Shown here: positions 34,108 through 46,847 of the stretch, one piece after another
Numbering within the stretch: position 1 is the stretch's first letter
Layout: each line of letters opens with the position of its first letter
Source of the DNA: Marsupella aquatica
Lineage: Eukaryota > Plantae > Marchantiophyta
Assembly (NCBI GenBank): GCA_973895155.1
Contig: OZ316897.1
Location: forward strand, 4,062,211-4,126,210
Length of the DNA stretch: 64,000 nucleotides
Direction of reading: 5' to 3'
Translations under genes and position numbers: made by a program
The notes under the pieces: model-generated
The model's input: only the letters and a program-made list of their open reading frames with translations
Told to the model about the DNA's origin: nothing
Databases searched by the model: none

Positions 34108-37020
34108 AACTAACGAACGATGTACCGATAGAATTTTGCACTCTTTGCAAATATCTGACCAGCCTGAGGGTAATAGTTCGTGTGGACACTCCCGCCTGCC
34201 TGCAAATCAGAAGCTTATAGTAGAATCACTAAGCTTTTGTCGATAGATGGGCAAGCCTAAACGTACTGGTCGCAAATATGGACGCTATACTTAACATAGA
34301 ATATCTAGACTCTGAGTTAGGTGAATACAAAGATGGAGTTCTTATCAAAACTACGGACAATAACCTATCGCGCTTGGTTGATTTAGAACTCTTTTGCTAC
34401 TTCTCCGACTGACAATAGTCGGTAACTAAAACACAGTGGGCTGATTTCGACAACTCTACTATTTCACTGGCTTCTTCAACTGATGCAGTGATGTTGCAGC
34501 TAGAATGATACGCATCGATTCATGCAGCGAGTACCCTGAGAATCAATCGACATTGGTAAGAGGAAATATAAAAATCATGAACAGTTTCGTAGCAACACGA
34601 ATTGAAATAGTGACATAAGTACAATTTCAGTTGTCGGAAACAGCCCGAGTTAGCTAGTGTGAACGTCGTCCTTCCGTCCTTCGACGCCTTGTGTATCTCA
34701 ATCTATGAACACTCGGAGCGCACAGGTGAAGTTGCCAATCCCAGCCCCGATGCCAGCACAACCACGTGGGATAGCTCGGTGGTTTCGTGTGACGGTAGAA
34801 CTGTTGGTGACCGTGCCAAGTGGAGTCTCTGAGTCCACACTTTTCCATCCCCATGCTTACTTGGACTTTATTATTACTCTACCAGAAAGAGACTTCCGAG
34901 TGGGACCACTGCTGACGAAATTTTCCTCGACTAGACTCGAACCGTCAGCACATGGTGAGCCCTCACCGACCGGGCAGTCAGCACTAGTCTTTTCTTTTGC
35001 CGTCGCCAATGGTTTGTGTGTACTTGAGAGTTTTCTTCTTGGAAAAATGGCAGTGCTTTTTGATACAGGACGAGGTACTCCGGGAGGAAACAAGGATGCG
35101 AGGAGTCAGTAATGAAGAGAATCCAGGCAGCAAGGAAAGTAAAGGTGGCGAGAAGGGAGTGTGGAAGGCTGCTCTCCCATTGAGCTCACTGAGCTGCCGT
35201 TTGAGCTCGGTGCCGTGACTGCCGAAACAGCTGCTTGGGACCGACAATATTGCATGTCGCAAAATTGAGAATCAATACTCGAATTGCTCCAGACAGTCTA
35301 GTAATTTGTATGTGGTAATTTGTATGTGGATCACTTGATGAAGATAGTCCCAGGGATTATCCGATAAGCGTATTAAACCAGGAAGAGCGGAACAGCGTGT
35401 TCTACAAATCCTGAGTTATCGGAATGGTTCGTAGGTTTCTTCATGGATGGAGCGAACCTTGAACTGAGTGAGATGTGGTGGACATGTGACTTCAATAAAT
35501 CTGAATCCTCCTGTGCCAACTCCATTGCAGGACTCAACAAATAGTCGAAAGTTAGGTTGTACAGATCCTGGCTCTCGTACTGTCCCATGACAAGCTTCAG
35601 TTCCGATATTTAAGCAGGGAAATCATTGAAGCAGGGAAATCAAATGAGAGAAATTTTCAGTATGCTGTTCAGTTCAAGTCTCTTCTGATTTGATGAACTT
35701 TATCTGAAGATATGAACACGAAGACTAATCAATCAACCCAATGAATCACTTTTCCCAGTCCATATCATTCGCTTCTTCACTAAAGTTGATGTCTCTGGGT
35801 CGACTAGTCATACAACGGCTCATCGATCCGTAAGGGTGGTTTGGTTTGCGACAGACAGGACACATACTGGTCAAGAAGTGTTTTCACTTCCGATCACATC
35901 ATTAAATTTTATACACAAGGTCCGAGCTCTTCGATTTATTTCGGCATAAAGTGCGAATGGTAGACGCCCATGCACCCAATGCAAGCACGTAAGAAACCCC
36001 GCTCTGGCCCAAGTCTCAAGCCCGGATTCAGTATCTATGAGATTCTGTTTGTCCATACATCGTGGAAGATTGACCCTGTGCAAGACCTTTTTGGGTATTA
36101 CAATCTTACCTATTGCATGACTATCGACACTACATTCGTGAAGGGCCAAGGCTCATCATTGAAGAGTCCAAGAGGAGATCGACCGAATTCCCGGCCGCAC
36201 ATGTACACGGTTGAGAGAAGTTTGCAGAGGACAGCTCAATGCAGCCGAAGTGCACAATCTAAAGTAGAACTTCTGAACAGACGATGGTGCCGTTGGCGGT
36301 GCATCAGCAATTAAGCCCTTTGGATTCTTTGGGTTTCGCTGACGAATGATTTGCACGCGGAGCCCGCAAATTCCATTGTGTCGATGTGAAGGGAAAGTTC
36401 CTCAGAAAGCACCGGCGATGACTCGATCGTGTGGGACTGTGGGTACATCACCTTTCTGTTCGCGCATAATTCATTTGGTGGGCTCAGGTTGTGCCAGGAT
36501 GCATTATCAGTTGTATTCAACTGCATGCTAGAGATCTCTCCCCCTGAAAAAGGGGGCAATACGGCCATTGTGGACTTGAAGCGGCGGTCCGAGCTTCCAG
36601 GCAATGCAGGTTACCATCGCCCAATTGTTTGTCGCCGGAGATATTTTGTGTGGACTTGAAGCCTCGCACCGAGGCTGCCAGGAACTAGCCTGCAAGACCC
36701 TATCGCTTTTGGATGGCTTGTTGCGAGCTTTCCAGAAATCGGAGGGGCGGAGTAGATTGACCGTCGACTGTTCCCCATTTTCCTCAGTTGTCTTTTGGCT
36801 CCGTTTTGTTCGACTCTTCGTTTCCCTCCTTTGCGAAATTGATGCTCTCATGAACATGATGCTCCCATGGACCACAAGGTTCGTCTTTGAAAACCCCCAT
36901 GGATCACATTTCCCAAAATTTGAGTTTAATTGCAATAATTAGATGTTAGTAATTTCAAATATTATTTAGTTTTGATAGAGAAGTAAATAAGTTACACTTC
37001 TATCAAAGTGAGAGTGAGTT

Positions 37021-37820
37021 TTTGGCCATTTTTGTTGGTCCGTCTTCTTTTGGAGGCAAAATCATAGTTCTTCATGATGCTATGAGAGCTGCTGGGTCTT
37101 TGGTACACGTGCGATGGGAGATGATGCTCAAACTACTTGGTCCTCCTCCATAGCGCTTGCGGGTTGATTTGACCATGGTCAGTGATGGTCAACGTACTTT
37201 GAGGGATGTTGTGGTGGCAAACCCTTTGCGTCAGGACCTCATTGAGAAGCGACGACAATGGATAGGGGCAACGGCATCTTGGGCGGCCTCGACAAAGGAG
37301 GCAAAATATGTCGCTTGAGCTTCATCTGATACCTTTCTCCCCCTTGCTATTGAGATCTTTGGGCGCCTTCATCATCAGTTTGATGGGTTTCTTTGACAGG
37401 CTGCTTGTGCTATTCACATATGGCTGGGTTCCTCCACACATTTTTGTCAACGCATCTCAGTGGCCTTATAGTGTGCCCAGGCTTGAGCCATTTATTGTCG
37501 ATCCCTCATAGTGGGCACCATTGTGCCCCCGCAGACACTAGCCCCCCTAGAGGACATTCCCGTCCCACTTGATGATTTGGTTGGGATATTTGGTTGGGAC
37601 ATTGGATGTCACCCATTAGCTCTTGTCACATATTCCAATGTGTACACTAGTCGTTGAGTTTGCTCTCATGCCATTAGTGTTTGACACTTTTCTCTTTTTA
37701 TTCATCCTTTTTTTTAGGTTTACATTTGCTTTTCTTTTTTCTGGTTAGGTGTTTGTCCTCTTTGGAACTCTTTCTCTTTCCTTTTATTGTACTTTGTTTT
37801 TCCCTGATTTATAAATTCTC
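37021..37820 (+). mobile_element. 5'-truncated CRE-like non-LTR retrotransposon remnant (restriction-like endonuclease domain plus T-rich 3'UTR)
   Basis: Single frame GGKIIVLHDAMR...RVDLTMVSDGQRTLRDVVVANP...AASTKEAKY...FLPLAIEIFGRLH...FL...QRISVAL*CAQA*AI, matching the HD / R.D..DV / K..KY / F.P.A.E.FG / QR.SV.LQ RLE pattern. Five in-frame stops. Confidence 0.75.
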
Positions 37821-37953
37821 ATGCACCTTTTCCCACTAAGTCCAACATGAGTATTCTTAGATGAAAATCTTAAGCCCCACAATAGGTTGCCCTTGATTCT
37901 CTCGTGGATAGAGAAACCCACCATGTAGTGTACCTTTATACCTTTTCTGATTT

Positions 37954-38290
37954 TTCTCTTTGTATGTTCCAGGGCATTATTGGACTTCTCCCTGTGTATC
38001 CCAGGGCATTATTGGAGTTCTCCCTGTATGTCCCAGGGCATTATTGGAGAAGAATGTCCAAGATTTGGATCAGCTCTCTGTCGAGATTCTCCGCTACTTT
38101 TACTAAATTAGTAACAAGAAAAGTCTCTTTGACTACTGAGTGTATTAAGGATGGAGTTCTCTTTGTATGTTCCAAGGCATTATTGGAGAAAAATGCACAA
38201 GATTTGGATCAACTCACAATGGATATTCTGGCCTACTTTTACTAAAAGTAGTAAAAGGAAGAATCTGTTTGACTTCTAAGTGTATTAAGG
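37954..38290. repeat. ~32-bp tandem repeat x3 nested in a ~140-bp duplication
   Basis: ttctc(t/c)(t/c)tgt.t.t.cca(g/a)ggcattattgga at ~37954, 37986, 38018 and 38158. Confidence 0.9.
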
Positions 38291-38340
38291 TCTTGTCACC
38301 CAAGTATTATGAGCAACTAGCCCCATGCCTGTGCGTTGCA

Positions 38341-38810
38341 CAAAATATGTCAAGGTGAACAAAGATATTGAAGTGAAAAAAGTTGTCAAGATGAAGAAAA
38401 GAAGTTGAGGTGAATAAAGATGTCAAGGCAAGGAAAAGATGTCGAGAAGAGAAAAAAAATTCGTGATGACATAAAGATGTCAAGGTGAGAAAAAGAAGTC
38501 GAGTGAGAAAAGGTGTCGAGGAGAGAAAAATATGTTGCAATGAGATAAAGATGTCAAGCGAGAAAAATATGTCAAGATGAGAAAAGATGATAAGGTGAGA
38601 AAAAGATGTCAAGGTGAGAAAAAGATGGCAAGATGAGAAAAAGATAAAATGCTGAGGTGAGAAAAAATGTTGAGGAGACAAAAATAATGATGTTGAGGAG
38701 CGCAAAAGAAGTCGAGCGGAGAAAAGATATAGAGGGGAGAAAAGATGTGGAGGTGATGAAAAGATGTCAAGGCAAGAAAATGATGTTGAGATTAGGAAAA
38801 GATGTCAAAA
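38341..38810. repeat. Purine-rich degenerate minisatellite, ~19-bp unit (gagaaaaagatgtcaaggt), roughly 25 copies
   Basis: Direct reading. Confidence 0.9.
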
Positions 38811-40662
38811 ATATATTGTTGCAAAAGTGATAAGGGAGATAGGTGAGGACAACATAAGCATGCACATTTACACAACCCTAGGTGGAGGGTGGCAACCCCC
38901 CTCCTCCTCATTGCCTCCTCTTCCCCCTTTCTCTTGGGCTGCCTCTCCCTTCTCCCCCCCCCCAAAACAAAAAAAACCCAATGAAAGGCGACCGTGTCCC
39001 TTTTCTCCACCTTTTCTCCTCTTATTGCCTTATTATTATTATTATCTTTATTCTCACCTTCCTTTGCTCCACTTTGTCTCATCCCCTATCTTGTACTTAT
39101 GGGAGGGTATGATACTAGTTATCCCATGGTTGTATCATTACTTCCCCTCCCTATTTTGACTTTATGTCTCCGACTCCCTATCCCCTCATAATGGTGTCCC
39201 AAGTGCCCCATTCCAATGACAACACATGGCATTCACATAAAGGGTATCTCATCATGCCCCTTCTTAGAGAATCTTTGTGCATACCAAAATATTTTGTCTT
39301 GCTTGGGTTAGAGATATTGTTTTTGACAAATGAAAGGCTAGGATAAAAGGGCCTATAAATCCAAGGGTCATGGAATCTTCCCTCCAAACGTGATTTTGTA
39401 AACGTCCACTTTTGGCGAGATAGGGTATTATAGTAGGAGGATAATAGTCATACAAAACTAAAGCTCTCCTTTTGGGGGGCAATATCTCACAATGCCCTGG
39501 AAACAGTACTTTAATACATTTAAGTAAACCCCTCTTACTGTAGTTGTATGTTTATATTTCTATTGATGATTATGAGCTATAATTCCTTACCAGCCTGATC
39601 TAGAGGTTTGGGAAGGCAACTGGCTAGCCCACTAATTTTGCACCCAATTTCAGGTCATTAAAATAAAGCAAAACTACACTCATAAGTCTTACTATTCTAT
39701 GGCCAGCCAGGGGCCATGGTGGTAACCCATTGGGCTCACTGCCCTCGGCGATAGCATCCCATAACCCCTTGGCCGTTACACATTACACACCCCCTGGTTA
39801 ATTACCTTACACTTTACCCTGTCATGAATTTTTGTTTGTTAATTTGTGTGAAGTTTTGAGGCATTTTCCTGCAGGTGAGTCCAGAGAATCCTTATGCCAG
39901 CCTGGCCTGGGGATTCTGAGTTTTGTCTTGAATGACAATACATTTTTGTAGGTCAGAGTATCTGGTTAATTGCAAGTGGCAGATAACTTTGCATTGTAAA
40001 AGTGACAGAATATTTCAGAAATTCACTTGGGGCCTTATCCTCACTGACGCATTGCCACTTGGGGATAAAGGGCTGTAATCCCCTTATGGTCACCGCCCTC
40101 AAGGAATACATCCTACTACCCGAGGACTAGTACCCACTCTTGAGGATGGGTTACCCTACTCAAAACTTCTGAAATTATCCTTATAGCAATATTTATGTTT
40201 GTTTGAAAATTGATCTTTGGCCTATGTCTGACTGTAAACAAGCTGTAAATGCCAGACCACGAGAACCTTAGGAATTTTCCAACCGTTTACAAATTAAATA
40301 AGTAACTGTTGAGTGAAGTCTTGATTATAATATTTGATTCTAGTGTTCATAAAAAATAGCAAAGATGATCTTAGAAAATCTCAAACTTTGTCACAAAATT
40401 TCCCAACTGTTGAGTGAAGTCTTGACTATAATAATGGATCACCAAATTGTTCATAGAAAATGGAAAACGTGATCCTAGAAAAATTGGAAATGCCCTCCTT
40501 GTTTTTACTCTTTGTATTTTCTCTGTGTATGTTTCTGTACTTTTATGGAGAAGAAATGCACACTCCACTTGGATCATTGGATGGGATAATCATGAAACTT
40601 CTACTCTATTTTCACTAAAAATAGTTAAACTGGCCTTTCAGCCTATTAATTCCCTACTATGA

Positions 40663-41445
40663 GGACTAGCCCCGATTACTTGTTCTTTAAACATGAATAG
40701 CGGGGAGACCAAATGTCACCAAAATATATTCCTTATTCACATTCTTGAAGGTTAATGAAATGATAAAAATTGTCATGCAATAATTATATATAACATGTAG
40801 TGCTATTTTTATGCACATCCTTCTTTCTATGCACATATATTACGATGACCATAAAATATATTTTTAATGTGAATAGAAATCATGACAAAAAACATACATG
40901 CTAATCATTTGACATACATCATGGTCATGAGTTTTCCCATCCCCATGATGAGCCATGGAGTTGCAGTCCAAAGTCTTCACACTAGAAGCCTAGGCTCCAA
41001 CTCTAGCTTGTAATTGGTGTTTTATAAGTAAAACTAGCCCCGACCGTTCTTTCAACTTGAACAAAGGCCAATAAAAGTGTTACCAAAACATATTTTCTAT
41101 TTATATTCTTTGAATGTTAATGAAATGATAAAAAACTATAACATATTTTCTATTTATATTCTTTGAATGTTAATGAAATGATAAAAAACTATCATTTTAA
41201 TAGTCATATATTATATATCATTCTCCTTTGTATGCACATCCGTCTTGTATGCACATATTTCTTTCTATGCATATATGTTGTGATGGGGCCATAGTGCCCA
41301 TTTTTTGAATCTAAATACTTAGAAATTATCACAAAAAACTTGCATGTACCAGTTGACATACATCATAGGACTCATGAGTTCTTCCCATGCACATGATGAC
41401 CATGGAGTTAGAGTCTAGAGGCTTCACTTTAGACCTAGGTTCTGA
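40663..41445. repeat. Diverged ~370-bp tandem duplication with a nested perfect ~53-bp duplication (~41087-41192)
   Basis: Both copies start actagccccga and share gttaatgaaatgataaaaa, atgcacatcc, ttgacatacatcat, ccatggagtt and cctagg in the same order. Confidence 0.85.
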
Positions 41446-42459
41446 AAAGTAAACTTCAGTTGGCACTTTGATAGTAAGATACTAGCGTTGCATGGGCCTC
41501 AAACTCTAGCCAAACTCTCCTTTTGGGGCGATACGGCCCATAATGCCCTATGACAGAATGTTACTATCTCCATAAAGTATCGGTGTGAGCAAAGGCAATC
41601 TTTCTGGCAAAGCTTACACAAATCTGTCAACTCACAACAGTTACGCGTCATCATATCTCAATCTACTTTTGGGGAGGTTGTTGACACTGGCTCTACAAGA
41701 AGTGGGCTATTACATCTGGACATTTGTTGTGTAAACTGCTTCAGTTGGCTTTACAAGAACTTAGGGGCCATTAAGGTATAGTGTCTGCGAGATTGTTTGC
41801 TGATCTTACATGGCTAAGCACAGTGGGTCCACTTACATCGTAAAGTCTCAAAGGTCTTCTGAAGCCAACCATAGAACCCGCCATGGAGGAAAAGAATTAG
41901 TTGAGTACCCCTTGGTTATGTAAGTCTGGTGTTATTAAACAAGTTAGTGCCAATGAAGAGTTTCAGATTGGAATAGATTGAATATGGAGAATGATGAGAG
42001 GAACAAAAGGGAAATTATTGGTAATAAAAGTCCATGCAAAAAATATTCCCTTTGGTACTCCTATGTCCATATAGTCCATGACATTTGATGCAATCCCCGA
42101 GGTAGTCTATATATGCAAGAATGTTATAATAGTCAATTGAAAGGGTTTCTTAGGTTATTTTGGTATTCCTCTATCCATGGTAATTTTAATAGGTTTTTTA
42201 CAATCCCCTTGGTATTATGTTGTGCATATATAGTAACCAAAGGGGCTTCTTATCGGGCTTCTTATATTACCTTGGTAGTGTTACACTAGTTCAAGAGTTT
42301 CTTTTTACCCACGGCTATTTCAGATACTTACCAGTTACATAGAAAATTCATTCAATTCACTGGAAAATTTATTGGCATTAAAACACTAATATATCAATCA
42401 TAGCCGATCCAGAAAATTATTTTCTTTAAGCTCTTTTTAGCCACTTTCTTTGGAAAATG

Positions 42460-42577
42460 ATGCTCCCATGGACCGTAGACGGAAACCATACAATTAGGAT
42501 AGACTAATTGGGAATATTCCTTGTCACATTGTGAGTGCAATTCGGTCCATCTGAGTTGCTAAAATCCATGGGAGCAT
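42460..42577. mobile_element. 118-bp MITE-like element with a 13-bp perfect TIR (ATGCTCCCATGGA)
   Basis: atgctcccatgga at 42460 and tccatgggagcat ending at 42577. TGCTCCCATGGAC also occurs at 401 and 36860. No TSD resolved. Confidence 0.55.
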
Positions 42578-43059
42578 TTTGACAAACATATATAGGGGTC
42601 TATCCAGGCTTCATTCTCCTTTCTTTGTTTGTTTGAAGTGTTACTTTTTAGTTTTGTATTGTTTTTACAATGACAGGGTCCAATGTTTTAGCCTTGTCTC
42701 AAACACAAACTAAGTCATGTTTGGTTTTTCTTGTATAACATTCAAATAGTTCTAAGTATCTTGTGACCAATAGTGCCTAAGTGGTTGCATGGGGTCCCTA
42801 AAGAATCAAGTTACTAGAGTCCTATGCAAAGGGAACCAAAGTGCAAGTTACACAAAAATGTGTCACTATTCTGTTCCAAAAACAGTGTAACAGCTAAACA
42901 GCTGTGTAACAGGTTTCTACTACCTTACACTTTTACAGTCGTTAGAAAGATATCATTTGCTTCTACCCCTTGAAAGGCAAAATTAATCTTGCCCATGTTA
43001 GATTCCATGGAAAATTGTCTCGAGTACTGCTCATGAGTCCATCAGATTTAGCTATGCTA

Positions 43060-43330
43060 CGAGATATGCCCAACAGCCTGTAAATCTTCCTCCGTTCCTT
43101 GTCCAGCCATGTCAAGTAGACGTACATTAATCACATCCCAAAGAACTTCAGTGCAGCTTTTGTTACGTATACTACATAATTTGCACAAGCATAATCAAGG
43201 GCATAACCCACTAGCAGTTGCCCTTGTAAGTAGTCTCGTTGGCTGCACGAAGTCCAATCTGGTTGGTTTCACTGGCCTTGCTCATTCTTTTCTTTGTATC
43301 TAGATCATGTCAGGTCCCACTCCTGAGCAC
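43060..43330 (-). mobile_element. Possible LINE C-terminal zinc-finger (zf-RVT-like) remnant
   Basis: Minus frame LCLCKLCSIRNKSCTEVLWD resembles C..C....ES..H.LW.C. Degenerate. Confidence 0.25.
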
Positions 43331-46300
43331 CTCGGCTATTTCAAGCGTTGCACAAAGTTTACCTATTAAATTAACTTAGCGTAAATCAACCGTTTACACC
43401 AAGTTTTCCAATCAGTGTGTCCCCAAACCATTCCACATAATTTCACTGCCGCTACTGTTTTTCTTCATTTCCGCCCAACCGTTTGGATTATAGTTTACCC
43501 TTCCCCTATGAGATGTCCAACGGTGTGTGCAATTGAGTGACATGTTTCAAGGGAAAAAGAAAAAAGCACAGAAATTTTAAAGGTTGGATTCCGTTCCAAA
43601 AGAATGAGTAGGCTCAAACACATGAGTTTCATTCAGATTCTTGTCATAATGTTCACGCTACAACTTTGAGGGATTGATGCAAAAAAATTATGACAAACAA
43701 ACTGTACGTGCGGGCTACTCTGATGAGAAAGATTTCCTAAAATCGTGCAAAGGGCCATGCCCGTCGGCATTGGGTATGTCGAGAGAATTGATTATGTTTA
43801 TCATTTGGTGGATGTCGACCAGGCCACGTCTTATCAGTGCATCGTGGCATAGTTCTAATAACGCAATGTGGTTGTCATGCATGGCAACATGGTTGTTTGG
43901 TTACTTAGTCAAGCGTGGTAAATGAACAGAAGTTGCGACAACGTATCCGCGCACTCTCGGTCGTTAGGGGTCTATACAATGACTATACAGGAGGTGGCTC
44001 AGCTTTCACATCAACTGATCAACAGTCACATCAACAGTTACCCACCTTGAGAATTTTATCGTGATGACTAAAGGTGGCATCTCAGCTTTCAAACAACATC
44101 GTCCTTTGTAATTTTTATCATGATTGAACGTGTCTTAGCGTTCAAATCAACACCCTCCTTGGTGACCTCGACCAGAAATCCTAGCACAAACAGGATGCTT
44201 TGGGTGCCTCCTTGAACGCAATTTGCTCATCGGGAGATGTCCTGACTCCTCGACTTCTCCATTGCCCTTTTAAGTCCGTTGCAATCTCCCTTTAGATATT
44301 CTAAATGTTGTGCTTGTGTCGCCTTAATCATTAGGAATAGTTAGACCGGCATGGGTCAAGGATTTACCTCAATAATTTTGCACTCACTATAGGGAGCAAT
44401 ATCTAGGCACAATCATTGCAAATTGGAAAGCTGGTACATAAATATAGTCATTGTTGTTTGCTAAGTAAATCCTAAACGCAGAGTACTTAGTATCTACTGT
44501 AGAGTTGCACTCTTTCTATTGGTGACCCCTGTCGCTGGGCTGTGGCTTCCTGGGCTTTGGTTAAGTGGCTCTACACTTCTACCAATGGCCACTGTTAATT
44601 GGCCATATGCCTGGTACTTTTGGCTTTCTCGGCATTGATCTCCGTGCTTTGGGGTGTCTGGTTTGTTTTATGTTCTGTACTTTACTGGTTAGTACAAGAT
44701 CCTCTCGAGACAACACAAAAATATTGTTCAACAAAAGATCAAACAGGATAAGACAGTGAAAACACATCCCACTGCATCTTTTGTAGTGAGGTTGAACAAA
44801 CGGTCAAACCTTGGGACTTGTGAGAGGCATGGATGAGATCAACAGTATTGTATGCTAGCACATCAAGTTGTACATTGCATGCATAACAAAATCTATGTTT
44901 CGTAACTGCAATCTGTGATGCAGTGCCAAAGCGATCGCCTTAGCCTTGAATATCGTTAGATGCTTTATCATTGGTGCCCACTCATGGTTTCGGCATAAAA
45001 TCCTCGTGAAGCGCGCGTCATATTGCGTTGTGTGTTCAAAGGCTTATCTTCACCTGGAACATCATGGTGAAGTCACGGTGGAAGATCATGTTAGAATGTA
45101 CCTGACCTTAAGAATTAAAAGCGGGTGAGATCATTTTAGTAACTACAATCATCTCACCAGGTGCATCTTTAGCCTAATTTGTTGTAAGTGCTGATGAATC
45201 CACAAGTCTCGGCATATCATTAGTTGAATTCGCAGTTTTGTATAGTTACTCTCTTGTAAATGGCAATCTCATCAGAGATCTTCAAAAACTGAAAACTGTT
45301 CCGACCAAATCTGTTTTGTGCTATCCGGATCCAAGAATACTGATGATTGTGGGTCAGAGAAATCCATTCACTTGTCATTCTTTAGTGGATATCTCTACCT
45401 CTATATTTATCCAAGTGGTACAGACGCGAAGCAGCACATCAGAGTTTTTCCGCAAAACTGCTTTTCGTTTTAATTTATCAGATCATAGAAACTAATCCTC
45501 ACCACCTTCTTACCTTCAGAACTTTTGCACGATCGTTTCATTTTCACTACAAGCGTGTTATGCGTGTGCATGTGAGCAGTAGTAGTCGAATCTATTTCTA
45601 GGTCATCCACTGTATATCCCAACGCTCGGTAACCATGAGCTCCCACGTTCTCAAGGAACCAGCAAGGGCACTTGTACATGCCCTCCTCCCCAGCTGCATG
45701 GCCGCATCGTAGAGGTTCGCAAGGGACGTTCCTGTGATCCGGGCGAACCGCTTGCACCCTCGACACTGATAAAGACTAGAGCAGATACTCTACCCTTGAG
45801 TTCGTCCCTTCTATGGGCTGTCGAGCTAAAATTCTGCACTTCGAGCTATGTTTAGTTTGAATCTGCATCAACAGCTGGCTCAGCTATGGATTGAAACAAT
45901 GGCACCTTGTCTCGTTGCTCCTTAACGGCAGTAGACTCTCTTGATGCTCCAAACGGATTCTGATCATCCAGCAGTGTTTGCGGCGTCGTCTGGGAACAGT
46001 TATCTCCAATCGATACTGATCAGCTTGGTTCACCGCATCCTTCACTCGGCCCTCCTCCGGCTCCATAAGGGGACTAGGATGAATCTCTTCCCTACGCTTC
46101 TCCTTGTGCTCAGCTTGTTGAATGTCGCAGGGCTTCTGTTCACGCACACCACACCGGCCGCCAACAATCCGTTTCAGCAGAAACATTTGAGTTTAGTTCC
46201 CAAGATCACCAACGATTGTCACAGTGTTACGCATCCTCAGAATTTTCAATGTCTTCTGTGAGGCAAGGCAACGCAGCTCTCAGCACCCGTGTTGTCAGCG

Positions 46301-46813
46301 ACAAGACACTACTTTCATCAATCCAAACTACCAAATCAACGTCCAGATTAGATTAGCACCTGTGACAACGCATAGGCGTCAGCAACTGTGGGGAACAGTT
46401 GACAGTCAACTCAAAATCCCAAAAATGACGGTCTCAATCGCCATTGGATTAAAGTGTATTTAATGAGACTTGGTGGTCACAGTATCTTCACTTCTCACTA
46501 AATGCACTTTGATCTGATGGTGATGAGTGTCTGCCCATTTTTGAGAAAAAATTATTGATCTTTGATTCTCTCCGAATTAAATCATGAACCCAAGTGCAGC
46601 TCGATCCGAGAGAGACTGCAATTTTTTAGGACACCGAAAATTGTCGGAACGATATGTAGTGGTCGATCTAATAGTCCGATCTCATGGAACTTTCGATCTT
46701 ATAGAACTTTTTCGATATCTAGTGATCGAATAGAGCCTGCAGCCTCAGAGGAAAGACAGATCGACCGATGCATTGCTCCAGTTTGGATGTCCTTAATTGT
46801 TCATGAAGCTCTC

Positions 46814-46815
<2 letters not shown>

Positions 46816-46844
<29 letters not shown>
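46816..46844. repeat. (AT)14 microsatellite
   Basis: Direct reading. Confidence 0.97.

Positions 46845-46847
<3 letters not shown>

Noticed and set aside
35373-36942. Cluster of 60-135-aa ORFs on both strands
   Set aside because: No consistent frame, splice pattern or motif found; cannot support a gene call.
37954-38290. ~32-bp repeats resembling a CRISPR array (also 53363-53670 and 62953-63056)
   Set aside because: Contiguous degenerate units without unique spacers, no cas genes, eukaryotic context.
44382-44396. ACTCACTATAGGGAG, a 15-nt match to the T7 promoter core
   Set aside because: The upstream TAATACG is absent and no other vector sequence is nearby; treated as coincidence.
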